From Desulfotalea psychrophila LSv54 (lineage in GTDB: Bacteria; Desulfobacterota; Desulfobulbia; Desulfobulbales; Desulfocapsaceae): DNA of 32,000 nucleotides. Each line of letters begins with the position of its first letter. Positions within the stretch are counted from its first letter, which is position 1. Both the position numbers and the translations under genes were made by a program. The stretch covers positions 1,320,001-1,352,000 of the forward strand of contig NC_006138.1 of NCBI RefSeq assembly GCF_000025945.1. The letters run 5' to 3'. The notes under the pieces are model-generated. The model worked only from the letters and a program-made list of their open reading frames with translations. It did no database searches and was not told the origin of the DNA. Positions 16,671-26,920 of this stretch are shown here, one piece after another.

Positions 16671-17810
16671 ATGAGGATGAAAGATATTTTCGAATTTGCC
16701 GATGAACTGGGACCTTTAAAGGTAATACATGTTTATGAACCCTCAGTAAATCTCAGGGCAGTGCTGGTTGTGGACAATATTGCCAGAGGGCCCTCGCTTG
16801 GCGGGGTACGTATGGCTACTGATGTCAGTGTTGAGGAGTGCGTGCGTCTGGCCCGGGCCATGACCTATAAAAATTCAGCGGCCGGTCTGCCCCATGGTGG
16901 CGGTAAGGCTGTGCTCTATGGTGATCCCAAAATGGCGAAGGTCGAAAAGGAGAAAATGATTCGTGCCCTGGCCAAGGTATTACGTAATGAGGATAGCTAT
17001 ATTTTTGCCCCTGATATGGGAACAGATGAGGAGTGTATGGCTTGGGTGCAAGATGAAATCGGCCGTGTGGTTGGATTGCCTCGGGAGATCGGAGGCATCC
17101 CCTTAGATGAAATTGGTGCCACTGGTTTTGGGCTGAGTCATGCAGTGGATGTTGCCCTGAACTATTGTGACTTTCAGTTAGAGGGGGCAAGGGTGGTTGT
17201 GCAGGGCTTTGGCGCAGTTGGTAAACATGCCGCCCGATATCTGAGTCAAAGAGGTGCTGTCTTGGTGGCTGTGGCCGATTCCCGCGGTGCCATTTATAAT
17301 CCGGATGGTTTGGATGTTCAGCAATTAATTGCCCTTAAAGCCGCGGGGGGATTTGTTGGTGATTATCCCGAGGCAAGAAAAATGACAGGTGATGATCTAC
17401 TTGATGTGGCCTGTGATATCTGGATACCTGCCGCCCGCCCCGATGTTATTCATGAGGCTAACGTTCACCGTCTCAATACCAGACTGGTGGTGGAGGGTGC
17501 CAATATTCCCCTTACCCATGGGGCAGAAAGGATCCTTCATGAGAGGGGCATCCTTTGTCTGCCCGACTTTATTGCCAATGCCGGCGGGGTGATCTGTGCC
17601 GCCATGGAATATCAGGGTGCCAGTCAGGTTGCGGCCCTGGCCATGATTGAGGAAAAACTGCGCGCTAATACCGAACAGGTGCTGGCGATGGTTAAGGATA
17701 GAGATATGTTGCCACGTGAAGCAGCCATGGAGATGGCTCTGGGGCGGCTGAAAAAGGCGATGAGCTATCGGCGTTTTTCTCTGTTCTCGTCTGGTCCTAA
17801 ATTCATTTAG
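16671..17810 (+). CDS. Glu/Leu/Phe/Val dehydrogenase family protein
   Basis: RGPSLGGVRMATDVSVEECVRLARAMTYKNSAAGLPHGGGKAVLYGDP; Rossmann VVVQGFGAVGKHAA; ANIPLTHGAERILHERGILCLPDFIANAGGVI. Start may be ATG 16677. Confidence 0.93.
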   Translation: MRMKDIFEFADELGPLKVIHVYEPSVNLRAVLVVDNIARGPSLGGVRMATDVSVEECVRLARAMTYKNSAAGLPHGGGKAVLYGDPKMAKVEKEKMIRALAKVLRNEDSYIFAPDMGTDEECMAWVQDEIGRVVGLPREIGGIPLDEIGATGFGLSHAVDVALNYCDFQLEGARVVVQGFGAVGKHAARYLSQRGAVLVAVADSRGAIYNPDGLDVQQLIALKAAGGFVGDYPEARKMTGDDLLDVACDIWIPAARPDVIHEANVHRLNTRLVVEGANIPLTHGAERILHERGILCLPDFIANAGGVICAAMEYQGASQVAALAMIEEKLRANTEQVLAMVKDRDMLPREAAMEMALGRLKKAMSYRRFSLFSSGPKFI

Positions 17811-17837
17811 TTGTTTTTGCAGCGGGAGGGAGTTGTC

Positions 17838-18740
17838 ATGTACCGTATACGTTTTCATGGTCGTGGTGGTCAGGGGATGAAAACTGCCAGCCGTATTTTG
17901 GGCACTGCCTTTTTTCTGGAGGGCTATGAGGTTCAGGATGCCCCCCGCTATGGAGCTGAACGTCGTGGTGCCCCGATCTTTGCCTATGTGCGGGCCGATA
18001 ATCAGCCAATAAATGAGCGTGGAATTATTAGCCAACCGGATCTGGTTATTGTCGCCGATGATAGTCTGGTAGGTCTGCCTGCCGCCGCTGTCCTGGCGGG
18101 GGTGGATGAACATACCCTTCTCTTGATCAGCAGTGCTGAAAGTGGAGAGATGTGGCAGGACCGGCTGAATTTTGCCGGGGAGATATTTACCATGCCGGCA
18201 GAAGCTCAGTTCGTCGGTGCTGCCTGTACCGGGGCCGCCGCCTGTCTGCTGGGCGATATATCGCCTGTGGCATTGGAGAAGGCAATTAGAGAAGAGCTGG
18301 CAGATTTGGGCGATGCAGTTATCGAGGAGAATATTGTCCCGGCCCTTACAGCCTATAAGAGGATGCAGCCCTATAGGGGACGGGTTCAGACAGGGATCGC
18401 AATCAATGCCAACGATTACAGCAAACCGGGGTGGATAGATCTACCCTTTGAAGATGCCCGTATTTCGGCCCCGGACATACACGCCTCGGCAAATAGTGTA
18501 GAGGTAAGAACCGGTCTGTGGCGTACCCTGCGGCCGGTGATTGATTATCAGCGCTGTAAGGGGTGTTGGTGGATCTGTAGTACCTTTTGCCCGGATGGTG
18601 CCATTCCTGTCCGGGGAAAGATCCCGGAAATTGATTATGACCACTGCAAGGGCTGTATGATATGTGTGGCCCAATGTCCCACTCACGCCATTGAGGCTGT
18701 TTCGGAACGGCTGGCTCAAGAGCAGGAGGTCTTATCATGA
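17838..18740 (+). CDS. 2-oxoacid:ferredoxin oxidoreductase, fused gamma and ferredoxin-like delta subunit
   Basis: MYRIRFHGRGGQGMKTASRILGTAF (gamma) and C-terminal CKGCWWICSTFCPDGAI...CKGCMICVAQCPTHAI (2x 4Fe-4S). Confidence 0.93.
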   Translation: MYRIRFHGRGGQGMKTASRILGTAFFLEGYEVQDAPRYGAERRGAPIFAYVRADNQPINERGIISQPDLVIVADDSLVGLPAAAVLAGVDEHTLLLISSAESGEMWQDRLNFAGEIFTMPAEAQFVGAACTGAAACLLGDISPVALEKAIREELADLGDAVIEENIVPALTAYKRMQPYRGRVQTGIAINANDYSKPGWIDLPFEDARISAPDIHASANSVEVRTGLWRTLRPVIDYQRCKGCWWICSTFCPDGAIPVRGKIPEIDYDHCKGCMICVAQCPTHAIEAVSERLAQEQEVLS

Positions 18741-19966
18741 AACGTAGCTTGTTGACCGGAAATGTTGCTGCGGCCTGGGGGGCACGATTGGCTCTGGCTG
18801 ATTATATCCCCGCCTTTCCCATCACTCCGCAAACCGAAATTATCGAGACAATTGCAGCCTGGATTGACCGGGGCGAAATGGATGCCCGGATGACCAGCAT
18901 GGACTCTGAACACTCCATGATAACTGCAGCAGCAGCAGCAGCTACCACCGGTGTTCGAACCTTTAGCGCCACCTCAAGTCAGGGTTTACTCTACGGCATG
19001 GAGATGCTCTATGCTGTCAGTGGCTGGCGGGCTCCCTTTGTCCTGATGAATGTTTCTCGTGGTTTGGCCTCACCGGTTACCCTGGAGCCGGATCATAACG
19101 ATATCATGGCTGCCCGGGACTGCGGCTTTTTGCAGATTCATTGTTCATCCTGTCAAGAGGTGCTGGACAGTACCCTGATGGCCTTTCGTCTGGGTGAAGA
19201 TCAGCGTATTCGTCTGCCGGTGATAGTCAATCTGGACGGTTTTTATCTCTCTTTTACCCGTGAACCGGTGGCTATTCCGGATGCTGAGGAGGTTAGGCGA
19301 TTTGTTGGTGACTATGATCCCCAGAACATCCGTTTCCGGGCCGGTTCGCCGATCAGTCAGGCCGTAGCTGTATTGGGCGGTGCCCCCTACTCCTATTTTC
19401 GTTATGAAACACATCTGGCGGCAGAGAATGGTATTGCCGTTTATGAGGAAATTTCTGCCGAATTCGCCGAAGCCTTTGGCCGTCACCATCCGGCTATTGA
19501 ATCTTATCACTGTGATGATGCCGATATCGTCCTCGTTATGCTCGGATCCTTTGCCACCAAGGCTAAGGTGGCAGTAGATGAAATGCGCCGAGCCGGCCAG
19601 AGGGTTGGCCTCTTACGGCCCCGCCTCTTCCGACCCTTTCCGACGGAGGGGTTTCGCAGCCTGCTGGCAGGTAAATTCGGGGTTGCGGTGATCGATCAGA
19701 ATATCTCCATGGGCATGGGTGGTGTCCTTCACTCTGAGCTGGCCAGTGCACTCTATGGCCAGCCTGGCGCCCCGCCCCAACTGCTCAGCTTTATCGGTGG
19801 CTTGGGCGGACGAGACATCAGTCAGCAAGAATTTTTTGAGATAGTTCGTGTCACCCATAAGGCCGTAGCAGAAAAACGGACCCCGCCGCCTCGCCTTCTC
19901 TATACTGAAGAGGAGTTGCGTGAAGTAAGAAAGTTGCAGGCAGTGGCCAGAGTCGAACAGGGATAA
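18737..19966 (+). CDS. 2-oxoacid:ferredoxin oxidoreductase, alpha subunit
   Basis: GNVAAAWGARLALADYIPAFPITPQTEIIETIA; SMDSEHSMITAAAAAATTGVRTFSATSSQGLLYGMEMLY; 4-nt overlap with preceding gene. Confidence 0.94.
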   Translation: MKRSLLTGNVAAAWGARLALADYIPAFPITPQTEIIETIAAWIDRGEMDARMTSMDSEHSMITAAAAAATTGVRTFSATSSQGLLYGMEMLYAVSGWRAPFVLMNVSRGLASPVTLEPDHNDIMAARDCGFLQIHCSSCQEVLDSTLMAFRLGEDQRIRLPVIVNLDGFYLSFTREPVAIPDAEEVRRFVGDYDPQNIRFRAGSPISQAVAVLGGAPYSYFRYETHLAAENGIAVYEEISAEFAEAFGRHHPAIESYHCDDADIVLVMLGSFATKAKVAVDEMRRAGQRVGLLRPRLFRPFPTEGFRSLLAGKFGVAVIDQNISMGMGGVLHSELASALYGQPGAPPQLLSFIGGLGGRDISQQEFFEIVRVTHKAVAEKRTPPPRLLYTEEELREVRKLQAVARVEQG

Positions 19967-19990
19967 CCGAAAAACAGCGGAGAGACGAAG

Positions 19991-20917
19991 ATGACTGAGC
20001 AGACAGTAAGCATTTATCGCAGTATGAAAGATCTGCCGACCGCCCATCTACTGGGAGCCGGTACCCCGACCTGTGCCGGTTGTGGCGGTCTTGGCGCTCT
20101 TAATCAGCTTTATAATATCATTGGTGAGAAATCGGTATTCGTTAATGCCGCCGGTTGCATGACCCTCTTGTCGGTCTATCCTTTTACTCCCTTTCGTGGC
20201 TCTTGGCTCTATACTGCCATGGCCTCGGCACCGGCTGGCGCTCAGGGAGTTCGTGATGCCCTGGATATTCTGCAAGAGAAGCAGCGTATTAAGGAGGGTG
20301 AAGATATGCAGGTGGTTGTTCTGACAGGAGATGGCTCGGCCTATGGCATGGGCTTGTCGGCAACTTCCGCTGCCATGGAGAGAGATCTTGATTTTCTCTA
20401 TATCTGTTATGATAACGAAGGTTATGGTAACACCGGTCATCAGTTTTCCGCAGCCACTCCCCATGGGGCCAAAACAGCCACCAGCACCGGGCCCTGTGGC
20501 TATCCCGGTTTAAAAAAAGATCTCTTTGCCATCTGGGCTGCGCACAGGCCAGCCTATGTTGCCACCCTGATAGGTGCTGAACCATTGGATTTGGCTCGTA
20601 AGATTGAAAGGGCGATGAGCATGAAGGGACCACGTCTGCTTATCGCCTTGGCTCCCTGTCCGACTGGTTGGGGTTTTGAGCCAAAAGAGGCGATAAATAT
20701 AGGCAAGTTGGCGGTGCAAACCGGTATCTGGCCACTGAAGGAGTATGTGGATGGTCAGGTTGTTCATACCAAGATCCCTGGAGAACGCAAGGGGGTTGAA
20801 GAGTATTTGAAGTTACAGGGCCGTTACAGGCATCTGTTTGAGCCGGAGAGAAATGACGAGCTGATTGGCGAAATTCAGAAGAGGGTTGATCGCTACTGGA
20901 ACTCTGTGGAAAAATAA
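19991..20917 (+). CDS. 2-oxoacid:ferredoxin oxidoreductase, beta (TPP-binding) subunit
   Basis: CAGCGGLGALNQL; VVVLTGDGSAYGMGLSATSAAMERDLDFLYICYDNEGYGNTGHQFSAATPHGAKT. Confidence 0.94.
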   Translation: MTEQTVSIYRSMKDLPTAHLLGAGTPTCAGCGGLGALNQLYNIIGEKSVFVNAAGCMTLLSVYPFTPFRGSWLYTAMASAPAGAQGVRDALDILQEKQRIKEGEDMQVVVLTGDGSAYGMGLSATSAAMERDLDFLYICYDNEGYGNTGHQFSAATPHGAKTATSTGPCGYPGLKKDLFAIWAAHRPAYVATLIGAEPLDLARKIERAMSMKGPRLLIALAPCPTGWGFEPKEAINIGKLAVQTGIWPLKEYVDGQVVHTKIPGERKGVEEYLKLQGRYRHLFEPERNDELIGEIQKRVDRYWNSVEK

Positions 20918-20940
20918 GAGTAGAGTCTCATCTCAAACAT

Positions 20941-22647
20941 ATGGTGCTGAAAATGAAAAGTTACTATCATTGCGGCGGCATGGAGCCCCTACGGGGAGGG
21001 ACCATTGCCGAACATTTTGCAGATGTTGTCAGGCGTTTTCCTGAACAGGAGGCTATTGTCTCCCTGCCTCAAGAAAAACGCTTAAGCTATAGAGAGCTGG
21101 CCGATGCAGTTGATGAACTGGCAAAGGGCCTTTTAGGCATTGGCTTTACTAAGGGCGATCGTATAGGGCTGTGGTCAACCAATAATATTGAATGGTTACT
21201 GGTGCAGATGGCCATAGCCCATATTGGTGCTGTTCTGGTAAATATTAACCCTGCTTATCGTCTTCAGGAATTGGCCTATGCCCTCAAGCTCTCCGAGGTA
21301 CAGGGTATCTTTACCATCCCTGCCTTTCGCAGTAGCGATTATGTCGCCATCTTGGTGGAACTGCTTCCTGAATTAAAGCTGACCCAGAGAGAAGAGCTGG
21401 CTAATGCCGATCTACCGTTTTTGCGTAGGGTCATTGTCTATGATCCTGCCGATCCTGGGCAGAGCCAACGGCCGTATGCCGGTTTCACCACCTGGCCTGA
21501 GGTTATAGGCGCCGGTAAGGGTATTACTATGGAAAGGCTGAATGAGATTAGCGGAGCATTGGATAGAGATGATCCGATCAATATTCAGTATACCTCCGGT
21601 ACCACCGGTTTTCCCAAGGCTGTAGCCCTGACCCATCACAACATCCTTAATAACGCCTGGTTTTCAGCGCAGGCCCTCCATCTTACTGAAGCGGACAGGC
21701 TCTGTGTGCCGGTACCCTTCTATCACTGTTTTGGCACGGTATTGGCGAATCTCTTATGTCTGTCCGTGGGCGCCTGCATTGTTATACCGGCGGAACACTT
21801 CGATGCCCTGGCTACCCTCAAGGCCATTGAAGAAGAAAGCTGTACAGCAATACATGGGGTTCCCACCATGTTTATCGCCGAACTGGAACATCCAGACTTT
21901 AAAAACTTCGATATGTCCACTCTGCGTACCGGCATCATGGCCGGAGCACCCTGTTTACCCCAATTGATGAAACGGGTCATGGAGGATATGCACTGCCCTG
22001 AAATACTTATTGGTTATGGGGAAACCGAGGCCTCGCCAATCACCCATTTGACCACCCGTGCTGATAGCATGGAGCTACGCACTGAAACCGTGGGTAAAAA
22101 TCTGCCCCATCAGGAGGTGAAAATTGTCCATCTGGCTACCGGCGCTACCGTGCCCTTGGGCGAAATAGGTGAAATCTGTTTTCGCGGTTATCATATTATG
22201 CAGGGATATTATGGTCAGGCGGATAAGACGGCCGAGGTCATTGATAAAAATGGCTGGTTATACTCCGGTGATCTGGGCACCATGGATGCTCATGGTTATG
22301 TGCGTATCACCGGACGATGTAAGGAGATGATTATTCGTGGCGGCGAAAATATTTATCCAAAGGAGATCGAAGACTTTTTGTTTAGTCATCCCGGCGTCAT
22401 CCAGGTGGCAGTGTTTGGGGTGCCGGATGAATATTATGGTGAAGAGATCATGGCCTGGATTCAATTACGGCCAGATGAAATTTGTAGCGAAGAGGAGATT
22501 CGCAACTATTGCCGGGATAAGATCTCCCATTTTAAGATCCCAAAATATATCCGCTTTGTGGATGAGTTTCCGATGACGGTGACCGGCAAGTTGCAGAAAT
22601 TTCGTATGCGGGAAATGGCCATTGTCAGGATGGGATTAAAGGCCTAA
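20941..22647 (+). CDS. AMP-forming acyl-CoA synthetase
   Basis: INIQYTSGTTGFPKAVALTHHN; YGETEASP; GWLYSGDLGTMDAHGYVRITGRCKEMIIRGGENIYPKEIE; VTGKLQKFRMRE. Confidence 0.94.
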   Translation: MVLKMKSYYHCGGMEPLRGGTIAEHFADVVRRFPEQEAIVSLPQEKRLSYRELADAVDELAKGLLGIGFTKGDRIGLWSTNNIEWLLVQMAIAHIGAVLVNINPAYRLQELAYALKLSEVQGIFTIPAFRSSDYVAILVELLPELKLTQREELANADLPFLRRVIVYDPADPGQSQRPYAGFTTWPEVIGAGKGITMERLNEISGALDRDDPINIQYTSGTTGFPKAVALTHHNILNNAWFSAQALHLTEADRLCVPVPFYHCFGTVLANLLCLSVGACIVIPAEHFDALATLKAIEEESCTAIHGVPTMFIAELEHPDFKNFDMSTLRTGIMAGAPCLPQLMKRVMEDMHCPEILIGYGETEASPITHLTTRADSMELRTETVGKNLPHQEVKIVHLATGATVPLGEIGEICFRGYHIMQGYYGQADKTAEVIDKNGWLYSGDLGTMDAHGYVRITGRCKEMIIRGGENIYPKEIEDFLFSHPGVIQVAVFGVPDEYYGEEIMAWIQLRPDEICSEEEIRNYCRDKISHFKIPKYIRFVDEFPMTVTGKLQKFRMREMAIVRMGLKA

Positions 22648-22696
22648 GGGACAGGCCTCAGCATTGTAGGTAGGTTGAGAGAGTTCAGAGGGGCTT

Positions 22697-23380
22697 TTAG
22701 AGCTCATGTTCAGTTTGGCGCAACAGGCAGCTCAATAATCGTTCTTTATCCTCAAAGGGATGAAACTCTGCGGAGAATTCGTCCTCGTTTGCTCTGACAA
22801 CCCGGGCCTTAATGGTAAACTCATGTAGGTCACTCTCTTGGTCGTTGAATGTCATCATTACTGTTATTTCTGAATCCTGAGGCGGGCAGATGGAGGCTGA
22901 ATCGATGGCGCAACCGCCTGTCGAAAGATTGAGAAAGCGGCCAGTCCCCCTTGTCTCGTCTATGATATATTTGGCAGAGGGAAGTTCGGAATAGTGGAAA
23001 CGGAGATCTTCTCGTTTCAGCACTGCCTCAACTATTTTCTCTGCCTCTTCCAGGCTGTCGGTATAGTGGGGTTTATAGCCGCATATCCTTGCGGTCAGAT
23101 TTATTACCTGTTTGTACAGCAGGCTTTTGTCACCAACCACTCGAACAACCTCCCCCACCCCATTGTTTATTAAATAGTTCATCAGCTTTCTATAGGTTGG
23201 AATTCCGTTCAGCTGGATGAGGTTAGATTCCGAATAATCGGCAATTACGTGGAAGCCGGGTTGCAGATCGGCAACACAGAAACGAACTTCGGTGTAGAGT
23301 TTGTCTAATATCCTTTTAGACATTTTTTTGGAAACCTTGAAGTATAATCTGTTCTTGGCAACACTGACCTTCACCTTCAT
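22697..23380 (-). CDS. Two-domain protein: N-terminal STAS/SpoIIAA-like region and C-terminal PilZ-like domain
   Basis: N-terminal VIADYSESNLIQLNGIPTYRKLMNYLINNGVGEVVRVVG; C-terminal TGRFLNLSTGGCAI...ARVVRANEDEFSAEF typical of PilZ (NLSxGG). Confidence 0.65.
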   Translation of the reverse strand: MKVKVSVAKNRLYFKVSKKMSKRILDKLYTEVRFCVADLQPGFHVIADYSESNLIQLNGIPTYRKLMNYLINNGVGEVVRVVGDKSLLYKQVINLTARICGYKPHYTDSLEEAEKIVEAVLKREDLRFHYSELPSAKYIIDETRGTGRFLNLSTGGCAIDSASICPPQDSEITVMMTFNDQESDLHEFTIKARVVRANEDEFSAEFHPFEDKERLLSCLLRQTEHEL

Positions 23381-24314
23381 GGCTTCTCCACTTTGTAAAG
23401 TTTTCTGGGCAGGAGCCTTTGCTCCCGTAGTGATGGTTGACGCTTTGGCTCCGTGCTAATTTGGCCGCTAGCAGGCCTCATTGTCTTCTAATCGTTTGTG
23501 CTGACGGTGGTCTGTCAGAGGTAATTCCTCTTAACTGCAAAGTCCGTTGCCAGGGCGTGACCAACTGACCGTCTCCTTCCTCGTTAAAGGCGGCTGACTC
23601 AGCCACTGCTAAAAACATTAACCATTACAAGTAGTAGTAAAAAAAAGCTATCAAATCAAGGGTATTTGGCTTTTGTGAGCAGAAATCCGCAGATTTGTCC
23701 GTCGGAAGCCAGGGTAATGGCCTCTACTGAAGATTGAGTGGGAAACAGACCACAGGTATGTTCTGAGGGAGGGTAGGGAAAGGTCTGTGTGGGTGTGGCA
23801 TTCTCCCCTTGTCCTGAACTTGTTATGATGGTATACCCCTCTAGGTTTCAGGTAGTTGTGCAGGTTGATTAGGGAATATCTTTTTTGTCTCAGCAAGAAA
23901 GCAAGCACAATATCTTGAACCAGAATCCATTCCATCAACGTCTTATAGAAACGATTGAGAACGTCCTGTTCCATTTGTTTTGTTAGATATCAGTTTCTGA
24001 ACGTTATGTGTTAGCCAGCAAGCGAAAAGAAATCTTAGTCCAGCACTTGAAGTCAAAGCTCAAAAGCTCCAATAAACAAAGGTATAAAGATTGACTTGAA
24101 GCGTATGCTTTAAGTCGGGCGGGATAAGCTGATAGTTTTCCAACTATCAGGGTTGTCTTCATTTCATCATTTAGCCTAACAAAATTTTGGATCATGTTGC
24201 TGGGCAAGAGTTAATAGTCCAGAGCATATGTCGATAGTTTTTTGGATCTTCATATTTGCTCAAAGCCAGCTAGGGAGTTTTATTTTAAATAAATTAGGAA
24301 AGGATAATTATCGG

Positions 24315-25814
24315 ATGATTTTGAAGAAAATAATTTATAAAAGCTTATTTATCAATTGCTTATTTGCCACTTGCTTATTTGTTTCATTTGCGGATGCAGC
24401 AACACTTCGAACACCGCATCAATTGGAATGGAGGGGGCAGGAGTCTCTTGATCCAATTTCATCGACACGTTTTTATTACCCTGTACAAATGTTATATAAC
24501 CGCCTGGTCAGACAAGATAAAATAGGTGCACCATCACCTGAATTAGCAACTAAATGGACATCCAATGAAACAGCAACTGAATGGGTGTTTGATTTACGTG
24601 AAAATGTAAAATTTCATAATGGTAAAGAACTTACTTCAGCCGATGTTGTGGCAACAATAAATAGAATTCTTGATACAAAACGAGATGCCCCTGTTAGAGC
24701 GGTACTTTCAATAATAAAAGAAGTAACTGCATTAAATAATTATAAAGTTAAATTTACTCTCAATAAAGCGCATTCTGATTTTCCTATTTTATTAATGGAT
24801 TATCGAGTGAAAATATTACCTGTAAATGTTGATCAAGATAAGTCTCTGCTTGGTATAGGAACAGGGCCATTTAAACTCGAAAATCTTAATGTTGAAGGAA
24901 CAACAAACCTTATAGCTAACAATGAATACTGGGAAGGAAAGCCAAAACTTGATGGTATTGATTTAATCGCTATTGCTGATGATTCAGCTAGAGTCCAGGC
25001 GCTTTTAGCCCGACAAATAGACTGGATTGGTTGGTCTGGAGTGACATCTCAACAACTGCCTCTCTTTCAATATAACAGCATGTTTAAGGTTGATTCTATT
25101 TCAACCGGTGACTGGCGTGGCATTATATTTAAAAATGATGTGGCACCATTTACCGATCCAAAAGTACGCAAAGCACTGCGCATTGTGGCTGACCGAGCAG
25201 AAATGGCCAGACTTGTACTTGGAGAAGATGGGGGGGCAACTACCTGTGATACTCCGGTATGGAAAGGCGATCAATATAGAATGAATTTAGAGTGTGAACA
25301 AGATATTGATGGTGCTAAAAAGTTATTAGCAGAGGCCGGTTTTCCTGATGGACTTGATATTGATCTATACACCAGTAACACTGATACCTATTTCCGACCT
25401 TTAGTTGAAGTATATCAACGACAAGCTGCAAAAGCCAATATTCGTATCCATATAAAGATGACACCTTCTGATAGTTATTGGAATGACGTTTGGATGAAAA
25501 AATCAGCATTTACAACTGTTTGGGGTCAGCGTTCAGCCGATCAGGTGCTCAATGAAGTTTATCGCAGCACTGCTCAATGGAATGAATCCTCTTGGGGGAG
25601 CACCGATTATGATCAGTTATTAGATGAAGCTCGTTTAACTTTAGATTTTAATTCCCGTAAAAAACTTTATATCGCTGCTCAAAAAATGTTGTGGGAAGAG
25701 GGTGGAAGTTTAATCCCATTCCACCTACGCAATCATAGAGTAATGATGAAAAATGTAACTATTCCTGCTGTGGAAGATTTTTCGATTCGATGGAATCTTG
25801 TCACTAAAGAATAA
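24315..25814 (+). CDS. Peptide/nickel/opine-type ABC transporter substrate-binding protein
   Basis: SBP family 5 features: LATKWTSNETATEWVFDLRENVKFHNGKELTSADVVATINRIL; signal peptide after ATG 24315. Confidence 0.93.
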   Translation: MILKKIIYKSLFINCLFATCLFVSFADAATLRTPHQLEWRGQESLDPISSTRFYYPVQMLYNRLVRQDKIGAPSPELATKWTSNETATEWVFDLRENVKFHNGKELTSADVVATINRILDTKRDAPVRAVLSIIKEVTALNNYKVKFTLNKAHSDFPILLMDYRVKILPVNVDQDKSLLGIGTGPFKLENLNVEGTTNLIANNEYWEGKPKLDGIDLIAIADDSARVQALLARQIDWIGWSGVTSQQLPLFQYNSMFKVDSISTGDWRGIIFKNDVAPFTDPKVRKALRIVADRAEMARLVLGEDGGATTCDTPVWKGDQYRMNLECEQDIDGAKKLLAEAGFPDGLDIDLYTSNTDTYFRPLVEVYQRQAAKANIRIHIKMTPSDSYWNDVWMKKSAFTTVWGQRSADQVLNEVYRSTAQWNESSWGSTDYDQLLDEARLTLDFNSRKKLYIAAQKMLWEEGGSLIPFHLRNHRVMMKNVTIPAVEDFSIRWNLVTKE

Positions 25815-25953
25815 TTTTTTAAAAGTAAAAATACAGCTATAAAAACTGTTTGGTTTAAACGAAATAAAAGTAGAAGTAAAATTCTATTTTTATTTCGTTT
25901 TTTAATTAGAAATTTCAACATATATATCATATGTGTTTATGCCCTTTGATATA

Positions 25954-26919
25954 ATGAGGACTTTCATGTTTACCATGATTTACAAACGCCTTTTCACTGC
26001 GATATTTTCCCTTTTTATTGTTGGGGTGCTGGTCTTTTTTGTTACAGAATCGTTACCTGGCGACTTTTGTACTAGTTATTTAGGACAAAATGCAACTGGA
26101 AGTCGATTAGAACAATGTCGTATCGATAATAATTTAAATGCCCCTTTAGTCGAACGGTTTTCACTTTGGTCTGAAAATGTTGTCAGTGGCAATTTGGGAA
26201 CATCCTTGAAACGGCAAAGACCGGTTAGCGACGTACTTGTTCCTCGATTAGAAAACACCTTAATCCTTGGTGGAATAGCTGCCTTGATAGGGATCCCCAT
26301 AGCCATTTTTCTTGGATGCATCGCAGGACTTAGAGCAAATAAAAAATCAGATCATTTTATATCAATAGCTTCTCTTTTCACCATGACGGTTCCTGAATTT
26401 GTAACCGCCACCCTCTTAACGCTTATATTTAGTATCTGGCTACCATGGTTTCCAGCTGTTACTTTGATCGGAGAGAATGCGTCCTTGTCTGAATTGCTGC
26501 CTAACGTAGTTTTACCTGTGGTTGCCCTTTCTATGGCAATGATTGCTCACATATTACGCATGGTTCGCTCATGTATGATTACTGTGATGAATTCAAGCTA
26601 TATTAAAATGGCCCGCTTAAAAGGTATCCCTTATTGGTATATTGTTTTTCACCATGCTCTTCCCAATGCCCTGCTGCCAGCTATCAACATTATTGCTCTC
26701 ACTATTGCTTGGTTGCTTGGTGGTGTTGTTATTATTGAACAGGTGTTCAACTATCCAGGCATCGGTAGTCTTATGATTTCAGCAATTTACGATAGAGACC
26801 TCCCTGTCGTTCAAGGTGTCGCCATCGTTTTAGCGATTATTTATATTTTGGTTAACCTCTGTGCAGATCTTCTAACCTGTATTCTTAATCCCAAACTTCG
26901 CACGCAGCAAGGATATTAA
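25954..26919 (+). CDS. ABC transporter permease (DppB/OppB type)
   Basis: LPGDF..., RLENTLILGGIAALIGIPIAI, AHILRMVRSCMITVMNSSYIKMARLKGIPYWYIVFHHALPNALLPAINI (EAA-type loop). ORF track start GTG 25933. Confidence 0.92.
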   Translation: MRTFMFTMIYKRLFTAIFSLFIVGVLVFFVTESLPGDFCTSYLGQNATGSRLEQCRIDNNLNAPLVERFSLWSENVVSGNLGTSLKRQRPVSDVLVPRLENTLILGGIAALIGIPIAIFLGCIAGLRANKKSDHFISIASLFTMTVPEFVTATLLTLIFSIWLPWFPAVTLIGENASLSELLPNVVLPVVALSMAMIAHILRMVRSCMITVMNSSYIKMARLKGIPYWYIVFHHALPNALLPAINIIALTIAWLLGGVVIIEQVFNYPGIGSLMISAIYDRDLPVVQGVAIVLAIIYILVNLCADLLTCILNPKLRTQQGY

Positions 26920-26920
26920 A

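Noticed and set aside
17397-18113. 238-aa minus-strand ORF and other antisense ORFs across 16.7-22.6 kb (e.g. 19613-20047, 21723-21980)
   Set aside because: Fully overlap strongly supported conserved genes on the plus strand; no recognisable motifs; typical shadow ORFs of GC-rich coding DNA.
23400-24220. ORFs 23651-23974 and 24004-24207 (minus)
   Set aside because: No RBS support or recognisable motifs. The palindrome-like ACTTGAAGCGTATGCTTTAAGT (24096-24117) was noted but is too short to call a site.
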